A stretch of DNA of 56,722 nucleotides from Acutalibacteraceae bacterium (lineage in GTDB: Bacteria > Bacillota > Clostridia > Oscillospirales > Acutalibacteraceae), in NCBI GenBank assembly GCA_045592465.1, contig JAZNUW010000110.1, positions 1-56,722 of the forward strand. The letters are read 5' to 3'. The notes under the pieces are model-generated. The model searched no databases. It had not been told where the DNA came from and saw nothing but the letters and a program-made list of their open reading frames with translations. The stretch's first letter is position 1. The number at the start of each line of letters is the position of its first letter. Of the stretch, positions 56,047 through 56,722 are shown piece after piece. Made by a program: the position numbers and the translations under genes.

Positions 56047-56722
56047 AATATAATTGCCTCAAATGCTTCTCTTATTGTTCTGACTCCTACGATTTCAATA
56101 TCTTTTTTAATAGATGCTGATAAATTCTTCAGATTGCTTTTAGGGATAATGCACCTTGAAAAGCCGAGTCTTGCCGCCTCTTTGATTCTTTGCTCACAGT
56201 GAGAAACGCCTCTGATTTCCCCTGCAAGACCTATTTCACCAAAGGCTAGTACATCATCGCGAAGAGCATAATCTTTCAGCGAAGAAACAAGAGCCATAAC
56301 AATTGTCAGATCAAGAGCGGGCTCGTCAAGCTTCATACCGCCGACAATATTGATATAGGCATCCATTCCGCTGAAGAAATATCCTCCCCTCTTTTCCAGC
56401 ACTGCAATAAGCATGGCAAGACGGTTAAGGTCAAAGCCGTTGCTGATTCTTCTCGGGTTGCCAAAGCCTGTTGATGTGACTAGACCCTGAATTTCAGCAA
56501 GAAGAGGTCTGGTACCCTCCATAACGCAGGCAACACATGAGCCCGGAGTATTCTTAGGTCTGCCTGAAATAAGCATTTCAGAAGGATTTTCAACCTCCTT
56601 AAGGCCTGCGTCAAACATTTCAAAGACACCGATTTCATTTGTGGAGCCGAATCTGTTTTTAACTGCACTGAGAATTCTGAAAGAAAGATTTCTTTCGCCT
56701 TCGAAATATAACACGGCATCGA
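56043..56722 (-). CDS. radA: DNA repair protein RadA/Sms, C-terminal part (gene continues past the right edge)
   Basis: KNRFG motif (AVKNRFGSTNEIGVFEM) followed by the Lon-protease-like domain (GEIGLAGEIR). The ORF is open to the window end. Confidence 0.9.
   Translation of the reverse strand, partial: DAVLYFEGERNLSFRILSAVKNRFGSTNEIGVFEMFDAGLKEVENPSEMLISGRPKNTPGSCVACVMEGTRPLLAEIQGLVTSTGFGNPRRISNGFDLNRLAMLIAVLEKRGGYFFSGMDAYINIVGGMKLDEPALDLTIVMALVSSLKDYALRDDVLAFGEIGLAGEIRGVSHCEQRIKEAARLGFSRCIIPKSNLKNLSASIKKDIEIVGVRTIREAFEAIIL

Overview
The window appears to come from a low-GC, spore-forming Firmicute, probably Clostridia-like. This is inferred from spoIIM, ytfI/ytfJ, dacB, a PASTA-type prkC, and the conserved Bacillus-type order yicC-remA-gmk-rpoZ-priA-def-fmt-rsmB-rlmN-stp-prkC-rsgA. 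About 62 tightly packed CDS are present, and nearly all are conserved housekeeping genes: translation and RNA modification, replication restart, chromosome segregation, proteolysis, and zinc homeostasis. I found no rRNA, tRNA, CRISPR array, transposase or phage genes, and no obvious multi-gene defence or accessory island. The one region the genes do not explain is an 869-bp, very AT-rich, ORF-free gap (6291-7159) beside the only tyrosine (Xer-type) recombinase gene. That gap carries four copies of a 12-13-nt arm (ACTATACAAAA). One pair forms a perfect 13-6-13 palindrome and the other brackets the recombinase promoter. The gap also holds a dif-like sequence and a small RBS-preceded hydrophobic ORF. 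Two conserved gene blocks converge on this gap, with + strand genes to its left and 41 of 43 CDS on the - strand to its right, so the window may span the replication terminus or a dimer-resolution locus. Lesser oddities are listed here. (1) A single-ORF ZnuB-ZnuA (permease plus binding protein) fusion sits behind a perfect 21-bp Zur-type palindrome. (2) A Nudix hydrolase is fused to an uncharacterised N-terminal domain. (3) An orphan glpP lies inside the lon-engB operon. (4) A membrane-anchored FG-GAP-like protein is coupled to a two-component system. (5) PrkC has a Thr/Pro/Glu-rich tail containing a 39-nt tandem repeat. (6) Several conserved hypothetical proteins are present. All functional calls rest on motif recognition by eye; no database search was run.
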